A DNA stretch of 63,818 nucleotides, the filler included, from Octopus bimaculoides (lineage: Eukaryota): the NCBI RefSeq assembly GCF_001194135.2. It is 5 parts of 5 records of this genome, joined end to end, with 100 filler letters (N's around TTAATTAATTAA, not from the genome) between each part and the next. Parts side by side here need not be neighbours in the genome. Positions count along the whole stretch, not along the records: positions 27,870 to 53,867 come from NC_068990.1; positions 53,968 to 62,604 come from NC_068985.1; positions 62,705 to 63,818 come from NW_026414380.1; 2 more parts are not named here. One strand, 5' to 3'. Below the pieces are notes generated by a model. That model saw only the letters and a list, made by a program, of their open reading frames with translations. It was not told where the DNA came from and did not search any database. A program made the translations under genes and the position numbers. Position 1 is the stretch's first letter. Each line of letters starts with the position of its first letter. This document shows positions 52,183-63,818 of this stretch, piece by piece.

Positions 52183-53966
52183 GATATATATGTGTGTCCG
52201 AGTGTGCTATGTGTGCATGCGTATTGTATTGTTTATTTAATTGTAAACGGGAAAATAAAACAGAGGAAGAGGGAAAGGAAGAGAAAGAAAGAGACAGAGA
52301 GAGAGAGATGTAAGAGGAATCAATTTATCATGTAACATGTAGTACAAAACACAAACAGAACAATTACTTTCATAATTACAATTTCTCCACAAATCAATAA
52401 TTCATATAACAAAAAAAAAAAAAAACAGAGAGGAAATATCCGTGATGTTTAATCCAAGATCTTTGGGCTATCTATTTTACTTTATAACTTGTATTAGTAG
52501 ATTCATGTGATGGTTGCATCATTTCAAGTGTTACCAGGGGTTTCATTCACCTACATAAACATTATTTAATATCAAATTCGTTGCCATTACAATTATCAAT
52601 AAACATATANNNNNNNNNNNNNNNNNNNNNNNNNNNNNNNNNNNNNNNNNNNNNNNNNNNNNNNNNNNNNNNNNNNNNNNNNNNNNNNNNNNNNNNNNNN
52701 NNNNNNNNNNNNNNNNNNNNNNNTATATATATATATATATATCAGTCAATGTAATGTTAGCATTGCTATCAATATATGAATATCTACGTTCGAAATATAA
52801 TTTGTAAACAAGATTACGATTTTTCCCCCATATATCTTCACTTATATTCTCCTTCTGAATCATATGTCATCAAATGCAATGTGGAAACCGAACAGTCGCA
52901 GTGAAAGCTAATCAGCTAACATATAGAGGGACATAAAAAATAGGCGGAAATTTGGAAGAGAATTGTACGACTTTGAACAGTTCACCGCAATGGTTGATGA
53001 ACGTGATTTTTATTGTATTGTATTTGTTGTTCATATCATTTTAGAAGTAAAAGAATTGGTACAATTAGGAGACAACTTATCTATGAGTTAGTGTAGTGTG
53101 TGTTAATTAGAGACACATTCAGCAATGATGATTAAAATATAAGTGAGTAAAAGTATCCACGATATGATCGTATATATTGAAATGTGGAAAAACTGGAAAT
53201 GTCTCTGAATGGAAAGTCTCCTTAAAGGTAATATCAGTGAAAAACACACCACTGGACTATAAATGACGTATATACATAGATATAAATATATTCGTATATA
53301 CATGAATACACATGTATACATACAAAGGTCTATATGCATGAATAAATTTTAAACAAGAACATAAGCAAAGGTTCAATCAATAAAAATTTCTCCTAAACAC
53401 CCTCTCCATCACAACCCGCCCTACAACCTAGTCACCACTTGAATCAAACCGACATACCCAAAGAAGATTTTTAACTGAACAGAGGATAGATAAAATCAAA
53501 ATTTATCTTCAATATATCGCAGCCCGACAATGGCCGAAACGTCTTGTTTAAGAACAATAAATTTGTCCTCTGCCAAAGTATGTTCGAAGTGACCCTTCAA
53601 TTAACATAGAACTGTTTTTATTATATTTCGTTTTTGGATTTGGGTTGCAAGATTCTTTATGTGAGTTCGTGTGTTGAAGCATATTTTCTTGTGTCTGGGG
53701 AGAGTCATTCTCTTTTAGTGCCTTATTATTTAACAGTCACCGGTAAGGCTTTCACCCATTTACTTATTTTTCTAAAATTTTCGTTGCGTCTTACAACCTT
53801 TTTCAATAATCTTGTTTTTATTATAACTGAACATGAAATACAATATTAATATATATATATATATATANNNNNNNNNNNNNNNNNNNNNNNNNNNNNNNNN
53901 NNNNNNNNNNNTTAATTAATTAANNNNNNNNNNNNNNNNNNNNNNNNNNNNNNNNNNNNNNNNNNN

Positions 53967-54129
53967 NTACACTGTAAAACCAGAAAGAAAAATGGCACCC
54001 ACAGGCTGAAGCTTCCATCACGTGACCGACCACAATAGTACAAACTATAAGCTCGCATGCGCAGGAAGCACTTTGACAATAATAAAGATATGTTATGGCG
54101 AAAGTGCGGGTAAGTTTTGACTTTACCTC

Positions 54130-54130
<1 letters not shown>
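53967..54130. mobile_element. Mariner-like element end, other end lost in a gap
   Basis: Ends aaagtgcgggtaagttttgactttacctcg|TA(TA)n, whose reverse complement TACGAGGTAAAGTCAAAA is a mariner-type terminus. Confidence 0.45.
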
Positions 54131-54181
<51 letters not shown>

Positions 54182-54388
54182 GTGTGTGTGTGTGTGTTTG
54201 TGTGTGTTTGTGTGTGCGTGCGTGTGTGCGCGTGCGCGCGCGTGCATGTGTGCGTGTGTTTATATATATATCTATATATATATACATATATACAAACATA
54301 CATATATACATATATACATACATACGCCATGCTTGATCGCTAAATCCACAAGTTTTTATTATTCTCTCTCTGTTTATTTTCTCTTATT

Positions 54389-54426
54389 CCTTTCTATTGA
54401 AGAACGTAGGCTCGAAACGTAAAAGG
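54389..54426 (+). ncRNA. Second, more decayed copy of the hammerhead-like motif
   Basis: CCTTT-CTATTGA-A-GAAC-GTAG-GCTC-GAAAC-GT-A-AAAGG. Confidence 0.4.
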
Positions 54427-54621
54427 CTTTCTCACTTTCCCGAGCATCAAACTAATACATCTGGATGTTGTTCATATACCTGTCTTCGTCTTTTGTTTTT
54501 CTGTAAATTTCAACTATATATATATANNNNNNNNNNNNNTTACGAAAAAAAACAAGAGACGAAGACAGGTGGTGTAAACAACAAAAGTATGTATTAGTTT
54601 AACGCTCGGGAATAGAGAAAG

Positions 54622-54658
54622 TCTTTAACGTTTCGAGCTACGCTCTTCAACAGAAAGA
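54622..54658 (-). ncRNA. Minimal type-I hammerhead ribozyme-like motif (core variant)
   Basis: TCTTT-CTGTTGA-A-GAGC-GTA-GCTC-GAAAC-GT-T-AAAGA: stem I, CUGANGA-like core with A6U, 4-bp stem II, GAAAC, palindromic AC/GT stem III, then the GUH site. Confidence 0.5.
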
Positions 54659-54818
54659 ATAAGGAGAAAAACAAGGAGAAAAACACGGAGAAAATAAATT
54701 TGAATGTTGTGGTCAGCGATCTATCATGGCGACTGCCGGACAGAAAGTTCACACAGGAGAGCTAAGAAAAAGGGGAGATAACAAAAGGGGAAAGAAACGG
54801 TGATCCAAGCACGAGAAG

Positions 54819-54873
<55 letters not shown>

Positions 54874-55599
54874 TATATATATATATATATACATATATAT
54901 CACTTGATCACATGATCGACCAGACAATCGAATGTTGTTATATATCGCTGGCCACGATACACTTTGCATCGTCTTAGGATTCGAATGGTGACACATCCTG
55001 CTGGTTAGGTGATCCGGTCAATATATATATTTATATTTGAAAGCGTGCATAGATAAATAGACATTGATGTTGGAATTGAAGACAAAAGAATATGGAAAGA
55101 GAGAAATATGTGTGAACTAGAGAAGATATTAAAATAGATTAAGCGATGGAAACACAAATCGACACACACACGCATGAACACACACGCACACACACACACA
55201 TACACGCACATGCAAAGTAATACAGTAATAAAGAGGGTGAGAAAGTCGCAGAGAGCGATAGAATGTGTGTGTGTGTGTGCGTGTGCGTGTGTGCGTATGT
55301 GTGTGTAATAAGAAGTGAAAGAGTAATAAGGAGGGGAGAAATAAAATATGAAAGGATTTAAATAAATTACATCCCATCATATTTTTATGGGTCATATTAA
55401 AGATCGATAAAAGGTAATTGAGGTTCCTACTTCAGGTTTCCTCAGAAAATACTCAAGTCAACCAACAACTCAGTCGCTATTGGAGTTCTTTCGTTTATCT
55501 TGATATTGTTACTTCATCTCTTATTGTAGTTATCACTTAATATATCAGTTTTGCTTCCATGCTGGAATAGAGAGTTACTGTCTATAAATTTTATTGAGA

Positions 55600-55965
55600 C
55601 TGTCAATGGCTTTATATTTAATGTTACTATGGCTTTGATAAGGAATGTCTAAGGCTTTTATTGGCGTTGATTCTATGGATCTTATCGAGACTGTTTCTGG
55701 CTTTTATGGGGACAGCTTCTGGCTTTTATAGAGACTCTTTTTGGGTTTTACTGGGATTGTTTCTGACTTTTATAAGGACTGTTTTTTTTGGCTTTTATAG
55801 GGACTGTTTTGGGGTTTCATAGGGACTGTCAAAGGCCATGATAGAGATAATGTTGATGGGTTTTATAGGGACTGTCTCTATTACTTTTACAAGGTTTGTC
55901 TATGGATTATATAGCAATATAGCTTTAATGGGGATTATGTCAATAGCTTATATGGGGACTGTTTC
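55600..55965. repeat. Degenerate ~22-bp minisatellite, consensus about GGCTTTTATAGGGACTGTTTCT
   Basis: Repeated ggcttttat.ggg/actgttt.t units, best preserved at 55685-55830. Confidence 0.75.
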
Positions 55966-56194
55966 TAGCAACAAAGGGTTTCTGCATGTGGCTTATACAG
56001 TGTCCATTCCTGTAGAGCTTATATATAGTCGTTGAAGCTTCTACATAGGGCAGTCAAATATTCTGCGTACCAGAGGTAGATTTTAGGGCGGTAGAATAGA
56101 ATGGGTAATGTACCTATTCCTGAAGAGAGACGGAATGGTCATAGCTGGAATACTTTTGATCAGAACAGCCGACTAAATCGGAGTTAATCTGGAA

Positions 56195-56535
56195 CTAAAC
56201 AATAACAACAACAACAACAACAACAGCAGCAGCAGCAGCAATAGCAGCAGTGAAAACAGCAGCAAAAACAGCAGCAGCAACAACAGCAAGCAGCAAAAGT
56301 AGTAATAGCACCACCATCGAAAGCAACAGGACCAGTAACATCACTGAATACGACAGTAGCATCAACGACAATAGGAGCAACAGCAAAGACTGCAACAACA
56401 ACAGTTCCATTAACACCACCAATAACAGCAAAAACAACCAAGAGTTAATGGAAATACGACCCCTCCACCACCACCACCACTACCACTACCACTAACTACA
56501 ACAACAGTAACAACTACAACAACCAGAACAACATG
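56195..56535. repeat. Mosaic (CAA/CAG/CAC)n degenerate trinucleotide array
   Basis: Direct reading; it explains the poly-C, poly-A and poly-L pseudo-ORFs. Confidence 0.85.
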
Positions 56536-57341
56536 TGCAATGTGAGTCTTCCAGGATGTGGTCAAGATTGGTCGCTCTGCTCAGTTTCACAAGTATCTTT
56601 CAAACAAGCGTAGATGGGGAAACAGATTTTGGTAGAATTGCACTGTGTGTGCGTATGTGTGTGTGTGTGTGTGTGTGGGGTGATGTTTGTGTGTGTGTGT
56701 GTGTGGGGGTGATGTGTGTTGGTGGGGTATGTGTATGTGTGTGTGTGCGTGTGTGTGCGTTTGCGTGTTTGTATCTGATGTGCCTGTGTGTGATGTGTAT
56801 GTGTGTGTGATGTGTGTGTGTGTGTGTGTGATGCATGTGTGACGGGTGTGTATGTATGTTTGTGTGTGTGTGTGCGCGCGTATGTGTGTGCGTGCGTATG
56901 TGTGTGCGCGCGTATGTGTGTGCGTGTGTGAAGGAGTTATGTCTAGTGCACAATTGGCAGAAAAACGCTTGGAAAATTGCTAAGAATTTATCTGAAGCCG
57001 TGTTCTTTGTAAATTCGCTTCAGAAAATTGTAATTAAGGGAATCTGAAAATTTTGTATAGATCTATTTAGCATCTTGGAGTTCTGGTCACAGTTCTAGAT
57101 TTTGCCTTCCAGTTTCAAGGACTTTTGTGACGGGTGGTAGGATTGGGTGAATGTGGAGGAGGTCGAACCCGAATAATTACAACCAAGTAGACTTCGATGA
57201 ATGAACCCCTAAAATCAACGTAGTGTTGTTTAACCATCAAGCAGATGAAATTCCACAACCCCGAAAGAGGAACCGTTCCTCTGATTGGGTTCTGCACAGA
57301 TTTTCTTTATCAAATTTCACGCCTAAAACAATGACAAAATA

Positions 57342-57558
57342 CGAGTGGGTGCAGAAAAGTTCCTGGTTTTGGGTAAAAGATAATACAGGAGTATCTGTTA
57401 ATTATGGTTTTATTCAACATATTCTCCTCTGTGATTCACACACTTATTACAACAGTCCTTCAATTTTCTAAGCTCTGTAAAAAGAATTCGGAAGGTTGGG
57501 CCTCCAACCAGGCCTTTCGCGACACCCTTAAAATCAAGAACTTTTCAGCACTCCCTCG
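57342..57558 (-). mobile_element. Internally deleted mariner MITE (217 bp, TA TSDs)
   Basis: TA|CGAGTGGGTGCAGAAAAGTTC ... GAACTTTTCAGCACTCCCTCG|TA. The minus strand retains AWLEAQPSEFFLQSL..LKDCCNKCVNHRGEYVE*, a mariner C-terminus. Confidence 0.8.
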
Positions 57559-58675
57559 TATATTCGTCTGCAAACTATAGCGCTTTTACACCTTAAAAGA
57601 GAACTCGTTACCAGAGAGTTACATGACCAATGTTTTTTAACCAATCTTGTGCTCATTAGAAGCTAGTCAAGCTTACAAAAGAATCAGGAAATTGTATAAA
57701 GTTTAAAGACTCGGCATGAAACGAAATGAAGGTATGTGTCTCAATAGTTAGGGTGTTAGGTTCATGAGCATAAGGTTATAAGTTCATTTCCTAGGCCGAA
57801 CGGTGTGTCCTTTAGCAAGGTACATTATTGCGTTTGCTGAAGTTTGCTCAACTGTAATTATGAGCACTAAATTGTTCACTCCGAAGTCCTTCTTTCCAGC
57901 TTTCACATTCTGGATGTTATGCCGTGTCTAGGGTGAAGAGACCGAGACTGTATCTATGTTGGCTTGCGATTCATAGTCACCTAAAATAATTACCGACAGC
58001 ATGGTACATCCTACTAAACCTTGCTTGTTTGCATGCATGGATGATTTATTTTTTACTTTGTTTTGTTTTTGTATATTTTGGGTGAAATGTACCTACACTT
58101 TTAACAGGATACCTAGGTAAAGTTCTTGCTATTTTATTAAAGCTTTTGTCAATACACATTATCAATAAACTATAACAATTATAACTCTCCAGACGTTTAG
58201 CCTGAAAATCAATTTGATTTTTGTGCATAAATTAGTCTAAGAATATGCGACAATCATAACCTTCATTGGCCACCAAGGCATATTTAAATTAGTGCGCATT
58301 TTTTGTTGGACACACACGCGAAAAAACACAAGGAATGGCACAATTAAAAGAAGAACGGTCGGACATTAAACAACAATCCAGTGTGCTGGAGATGTCGACT
58401 TCAAGAGTCTGGGAAACTTCTTCTTTCAATTCCACAGAGTCAATTTTTGTCTTTCAGACAGAATTTAATAAGAACTATCGTAGCTCAATGAGGAAATCAG
58501 ACGGAAATTTTAATGGAATAAATAATCATATTAGATGATTTTATTTAAATTCTTTTATGCGCAAGTGCATGTGTTGCACCAACACATGCACCCAGTAAAA
58601 GAGAGAGAGAACAGCTTGTGTACATGAATGCCAAACAGAGAAAAAAGGAAAGACAGAGAGAAAGAGAGAAAGAAG

Positions 58676-58713
<38 letters not shown>

Positions 58714-59250
58714 GGAGAACGAGACTGACGGAGACAGAAAATACAGGGGTCTATTTAATAGACAGTGCAAAGAGACAGTGTATTGTTTATTAGTTCTAAG
58801 TACAGACTTGGTGTCAATCTATTGTTTCTGTTCGATTAGATTGCATAGCTTCTGTTGTGTTCACTGCAGGATAAAGGCCTCAGCATGTTCTCTCCGCCCA
58901 CCACGGAATGATGTGGAGGCCGTGAATTTGAGCTCGAAATCATACCGGTTTCATGTGTCTACTTTGCTACACTGGCTCGATATGGCATGACAGAGAGGTA
59001 CAGTATGACATATGCAAACACCTACAAATATATATATATATGCACACACACGTATACATTGAATTGTGTAACTGATGAAAATATCTTAGGGAGGCGTCGA
59101 TCTGTAAGCAAAAAACAAATAAGGTAGGGTTCACATATGTAATATAGTGTTGAATATCTCAGTTCAGTGAAGTTCTTCAAGTCACTAATGCATACTGTAC
59201 TATAATATAAAATAATATAGTATAATATAATATAATATCAATATCAATAT

Positions 59251-59327
<77 letters not shown>

Positions 59328-59374
59328 ACACGATCATGGGTGTGTGTGTGTTTGTGTGTGTGTGTGTATATGTG

Positions 59375-59406
<32 letters not shown>

Positions 59407-62391
59407 TAGCATGAAAGAGGTCTACTTTTGTATGCTTCCTTAAGAGTATAAGAAACCGTGTGATACATCGACAGGAAAAAAATCTAGGAAAAAACAGAAT
59501 GTAAGAAAGATTGGGAAAATAGTAAACTTAATTGGTTAAAATGAAATATTTTATTACCAAGCAATCAATCATTTTAATTAGAACCTGCGACAGACGTCTC
59601 CATTTTCAAATCGGGATCTTCTGGTAATATTATGCCTGGATCCAAAAGCAGTGGGGACGAATAAAGAAAAGGAGAAAATGAAAAGAAAATTTAATGTCTA
59701 TTTGAAGAATTAAAAAAAAAAAATATCGTGAAGCTAAAAAGAAACGGGAGGCTGAAATGAACGAACGGAGGACAAAAGACTGGAAGCAAAAAGCAAAATG
59801 GTGGCATGAAGCAAGGATTTTCTATTGTCAGTCGCCATTATCAGAGATGTTTGATTAAGAAAACAAAGATAGCAGTCAACTTTTAAAGCGATTTTTGATT
59901 TAGTAGTCGCCAATTGTAGTCGGACGCTATTTTTGCGAGAGAAATTTTTTAAAGCGAAGATCTTGCCTGATATTGAAGCCAAAATAAAAGAAATACTGAT
60001 AGCTGTATTTGGTAAAGGGTGTGGTGGTAATGTTTGTATTGGTTTTAAATTATGTTTATTCCAATTTTTCACTGTCGCGCCCCAATGTTTCATACATTTT
60101 TTTTTATAGATTTTTGTCTGAGCTATTTAGTTTCTGAATGTGATTCAATTAGTCAAGGAATAATAATAATAAATCGAATGGTGAAAATATTTTCTGACGA
60201 TTATTGTTATTGAAATAAAAGATACAGAAATATAAACAGAACCTGCATGATAAGGTTAATGTAAATTTTGAATAGCCACGAAGTCTATATTCAAATATTT
60301 CTTCTTGAGTCCCTCTTGGAAAAATCATGCCTATTGTAATCGTGTTCTATTCAGCAATATAGGTTGCTTGCACAGTTCTGATAATCGGACATTAGATTTC
60401 ACTAGTTTGGGTTGATTGCATAATTACAGATCACTAAGCTTCTAATTTCAGGTTCAAATCTATCTTAATCCAAGCGCCTAATAGTGCAACCGTATCCATC
60501 GAAGCGGATCCAGTCATCAGACCGAGCTTATCGGCTAACAACGAGAGTATAATGAGTTCATTAAAATGTCTTAGATATACACAGTAAAACGAATTAAAAG
60601 GAATTAATCTTGGTATTGTAAATCTCCGCTCATCAGTCAATCTTTATTTAGCTGCTCTACTGAAAGGTTGTACAATTTCTCTTTGTTTTACAGTTTCACA
60701 CAGTTGCCGAGAGGCATAGAATTTCCAAAGAGCATATGCACTCTCAAACCTATAGACGCATACATAAACACACATCCACAAGAACAAGTATATACATGCA
60801 AGCATGCATAATGCCTAAATACATACACGCAAAGATTCATGCATATGTACATATATACATACATACACAGATACACACATACATACATACTTATACATAC
60901 ATATACATACATACATACATATACACATACACATAGTACTAACACATACATATATATACATACGTACATTCATACAAACACACATACATACACATACATA
61001 TATACATACATACACACGCAAGTACATTATTATTGGTTTCTTTTTTGTTCAATTATAATTAAAACAATTTTTGCATTAATATGAAAGATTATCCCATAGT
61101 TTTGTAGCTTAAAAATTCATTATTCTTTAACAAGAGTAGCATTGACAGTGACATCGAAGTTTGGGCCAGCCAAGCCAGCATCTACTTATATATATATATG
61201 TGTGTGTGTGTGTGTTATTGGGTGTGTGTATGCATATTGATATACATATATGCGTAGGTAAGTTCACACACACACTCATATGTGTGTATGTGTGATCGTA
61301 TACAAAGGCTACATATATATTTCTAAGTATGAGACATATTGATCGAAATAATACAATGTCTATGTGTTTATGTGTGTCCGTACACGTTACAGACAAATAC
61401 AGAGAGCATATATACATATACGTAGTAATGTATAAAAAAGAAAGTAATCAAAAACAGGTTTATTCAGTTGTGTTTCATGACAGACATTTTCAGTGATGGT
61501 GGAGTTATCGAAATTGTCGATTTGTATTCTACCAGCCACGGTACCCTCCCATTTCTGACTATTGAGTAGACGAGATCAATATACTCGTGCTTGATTTATT
61601 AGTAGTACAGACGCTTCCTCTAGCAATATTATTGTATAATGCAGACGGTTGAGAGCCAGCAGCAGTTACAGCATTGTTAGTATTCAATATTTCACAAGTT
61701 TTAACTTCGTATCTTTACGATCTGGAGTCGAGTTTCACCGTATTTTTGACCTTGTCTTGCGGGTTGGCTGACCAGAAACAATAAATCGTTGGGTGAAGCA
61801 TCTCACAGTATTTCGAGGGTTCTTCTAATGTTCTCAGTTCAAATCCTAGTCAGAAGAAATGTTATCGTTTTATTCCACTTGAGTTGATAATAAAAATACC
61901 GGTCATGTACTGGGACCAAATATAATTGATTATAGTTAGTCTGCAAAAGTTTCAGCCACATACTAATTAAGAAATCAATGTAATTAGAGATATAATGACA
62001 TATTACAGACCAGACAGTCTATTATATATGCATTTCATCTGGTTTATTATTTTCCTGCTCTCTTTAAGGCTGCAGACTGGCAAAACGGTTGACCTACCGG
62101 TATTTCATCCGTCTTCACGTTCTCTGTTTGAATTCCAACGAAGTTCGCTTTCCTTTTCATCGTTTGGAGATCATAAAATAAGTACCAGTCACGAACTGGG
62201 GTTGAGGTAATTGACTCCCGACTCGACTCAACAAACTACTGCTCCGTACCAAACTTTGGTACCATTATTTCCTGTGCTCCGCAAATTTGCTGGTGACGGA
62301 CGCTCTCATGAAAGCGCCATTTAACCTGGATGATGGGTATTTCATGCATGCATTGTATAAATCTTGTATTTGGGTTTATGTGATCATAAAC

Positions 62392-62463
<72 letters not shown>

Positions 62464-62805
62464 GAAGCAGTAACAAATGCTGTGAATTAGCAGAATCGTT
62501 ACTGTGCCCGACAAAATGCCGTTAAGCATTTTTCCGGCTCTTTACGTTATGAGCTCAAATCCAGCCGAGGTTGACACTGCCTTTCATCGAAACAATAATG
62601 CACCNNNNNNNNNNNNNNNNNNNNNNNNNNNNNNNNNNNNNNNNNNNNTTAATTAATTAANNNNNNNNNNNNNNNNNNNNNNNNNNNNNNNNNNNNNNNN
62701 NNNNATTTTAAGTACCACATTTAATCTTTTGATTAAATCTATATTATTATTTTGAACTTGCTCACCATTTGGGAGTACATATATTTTGGGAGTACATATA
62801 TTTAT

Positions 62806-63818
62806 ATGGAAAAGGTTAACATGGAATTCTCTCAGAAGGACATCCCCTTACACAGCAAAGAAATGTATATGTGGCTACTTATTCACAGAACCAATGATTT
62901 TATCAGAAGAGTTCGATGGATTGCCTACCACTATGATAACAAGATGAAAATGAAAACCAATGAATCACAAGAAGAAAACCATTTTAAGAAACTATTTAGA
63001 AGTAGAAGAAATCCACCTTCAAACCCGTTATTAGAAAACTTTGAAAAGGACTTACTGAACTTTATTGCTAATATCAAGTTTGAGAAGCACCCACTAAGAA
63101 AAAACCTGCACCTAAGGAAACTGAAGGATTTTATCAAATCTATACAAAACAAACCAGGTATTTTGGTCCCGGCGGATAAAACCAGAAATTTATATAGAAT
63201 GGATTATACTACCTACAAAAAACTAATTATGAAGGAACTTAACAGCAAATATAAAATAACTTCCAAAAAAACATTATCAGACATCAATTTAAAAATCAAA
63301 AAAATTATGACAGAATATAATCTAACTGATAGAACTGAACCTCTTGCACCCTGTGAACCCAAAATTAATCTAAAAGACCATAAGAAAAACTTTCACGTAA
63401 ACCCTACTGTTAAACTCATTTGCCCAACTAGATCTGATATTGGTAGATTAAGTAAGCTTATTCTAGATAATATTATACCGTTCATTATTCCTAACCTTAC
63501 ACTTAAATTATGGATTAATACAGATGAAGCTCTTAATTGGTTTAATTCTACTGACAACAATAATAATTTTTCCTTCATCCAATTCGATATCAACAATTAC
63601 TATTCTAGCATTCCTCCTATACTCCTTAACAAAGCTCTCATATTTGCTAAAAATCGATCCCTAATTACTAGAGAAAAAATTGACATAATTCTTTTAGCTA
63701 GAAAAACCATCATCGAATTCGAAGATAAAATCTGGACCAGATCTGACACCCCTGAAAACTTTGATATTCCAATGGGATCGAGTGATTCGGCTGAAATAAC
63801 AAATTTGGTTGGAGCATA
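62806..63818 (+). mobile_element. Penelope-like retroelement ORF (N-terminus and first part of the RT), uninterrupted, truncated by the window edge
   Basis: Hand translation gives 337 codons with no stop: MEKVNMEFSQKDIPLHSKEMY...FIRRVRW...PADKTRNLY...LKDHKKNFHVNPTVKLICP...IGRLSKLILD...WINT...WF...FIQFDINNYYSSIP...KAL.FA...IILLARK...W...NFDIPMGSSDSAEITNLVG. These match PLE RT motifs (ADK; FDI..(F/Y)Y.SI motif A; MGS motif B'). There is no GIY-YIG motif in the N-terminus. Confidence 0.88.

Larger units (their letters stand above)
54325..54731. mobile_element. Inverted pair of ~190-bp repeats (PLE pseudo-LTR-like) around (TA)n and a short gap
   Basis: cgccatg..gatcgct...ttgaaga.cgtag.ctcgaaacgt...cccgagc.t.aaactaatacat...cacctgtcttcgtct on + (54325-54516) and on - (54541-54731). 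The copies are clearly diverged, not identical. Confidence 0.7.

Noticed and set aside
59734-60093. 119-aa minus ORF with LPPHP, possibly mariner LPHPPYSPD-like
   Set aside because: Similarity too weak, and no TIRs or other DD34D motifs were found.
62806-63818. Selenoprotein-encoding Naiad element
   Set aside because: No in-frame TGA and no N-terminal GIY-YIG in the visible 337 codons.

Overview
AT-rich eukaryotic draft-assembly DNA with many N gaps, dense in microsatellites, SINEs, LINE fragments and MITEs. The repeat landscape looks like an octopus/coleoid cephalopod genome; this is an inference, not a database match. The only host gene I can support is the 3' end of a myotubularin-related protein 3/4 (MTMR3/4)-like gene on the + strand: two exons (9358-9554 and 14882-15080) that splice in frame to give a complete FYVE zinc finger and a ...PLVAAAAAAGASSN stop C-terminus. 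The remaining ~47 kb has no recognisable host exon. It holds a decayed Chapaev3-like DNA transposon, a 5'-truncated R4/Dong-like RLE retrotransposon between TAA microsatellites, several RTE and CR1 remnants, three tRNA-derived SINE families, and mariner, pogo and piggyBac-type MITEs. The most interesting signal is Penelope-like (PLE) biology. An uninterrupted 337-codon PLE reverse-transcriptase ORF runs off the right edge and is absent from the supplied ORF track. Several minimal hammerhead-ribozyme-like motifs are scattered through the window, including a diverged inverted pair at a (TA)n tract with a non-canonical core and a compensatory stem change. No prokaryotic features, CRISPR arrays, rRNA or intact tRNA genes were seen. 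Repeat boundaries are approximate unless terminal repeats or target-site duplications are quoted.
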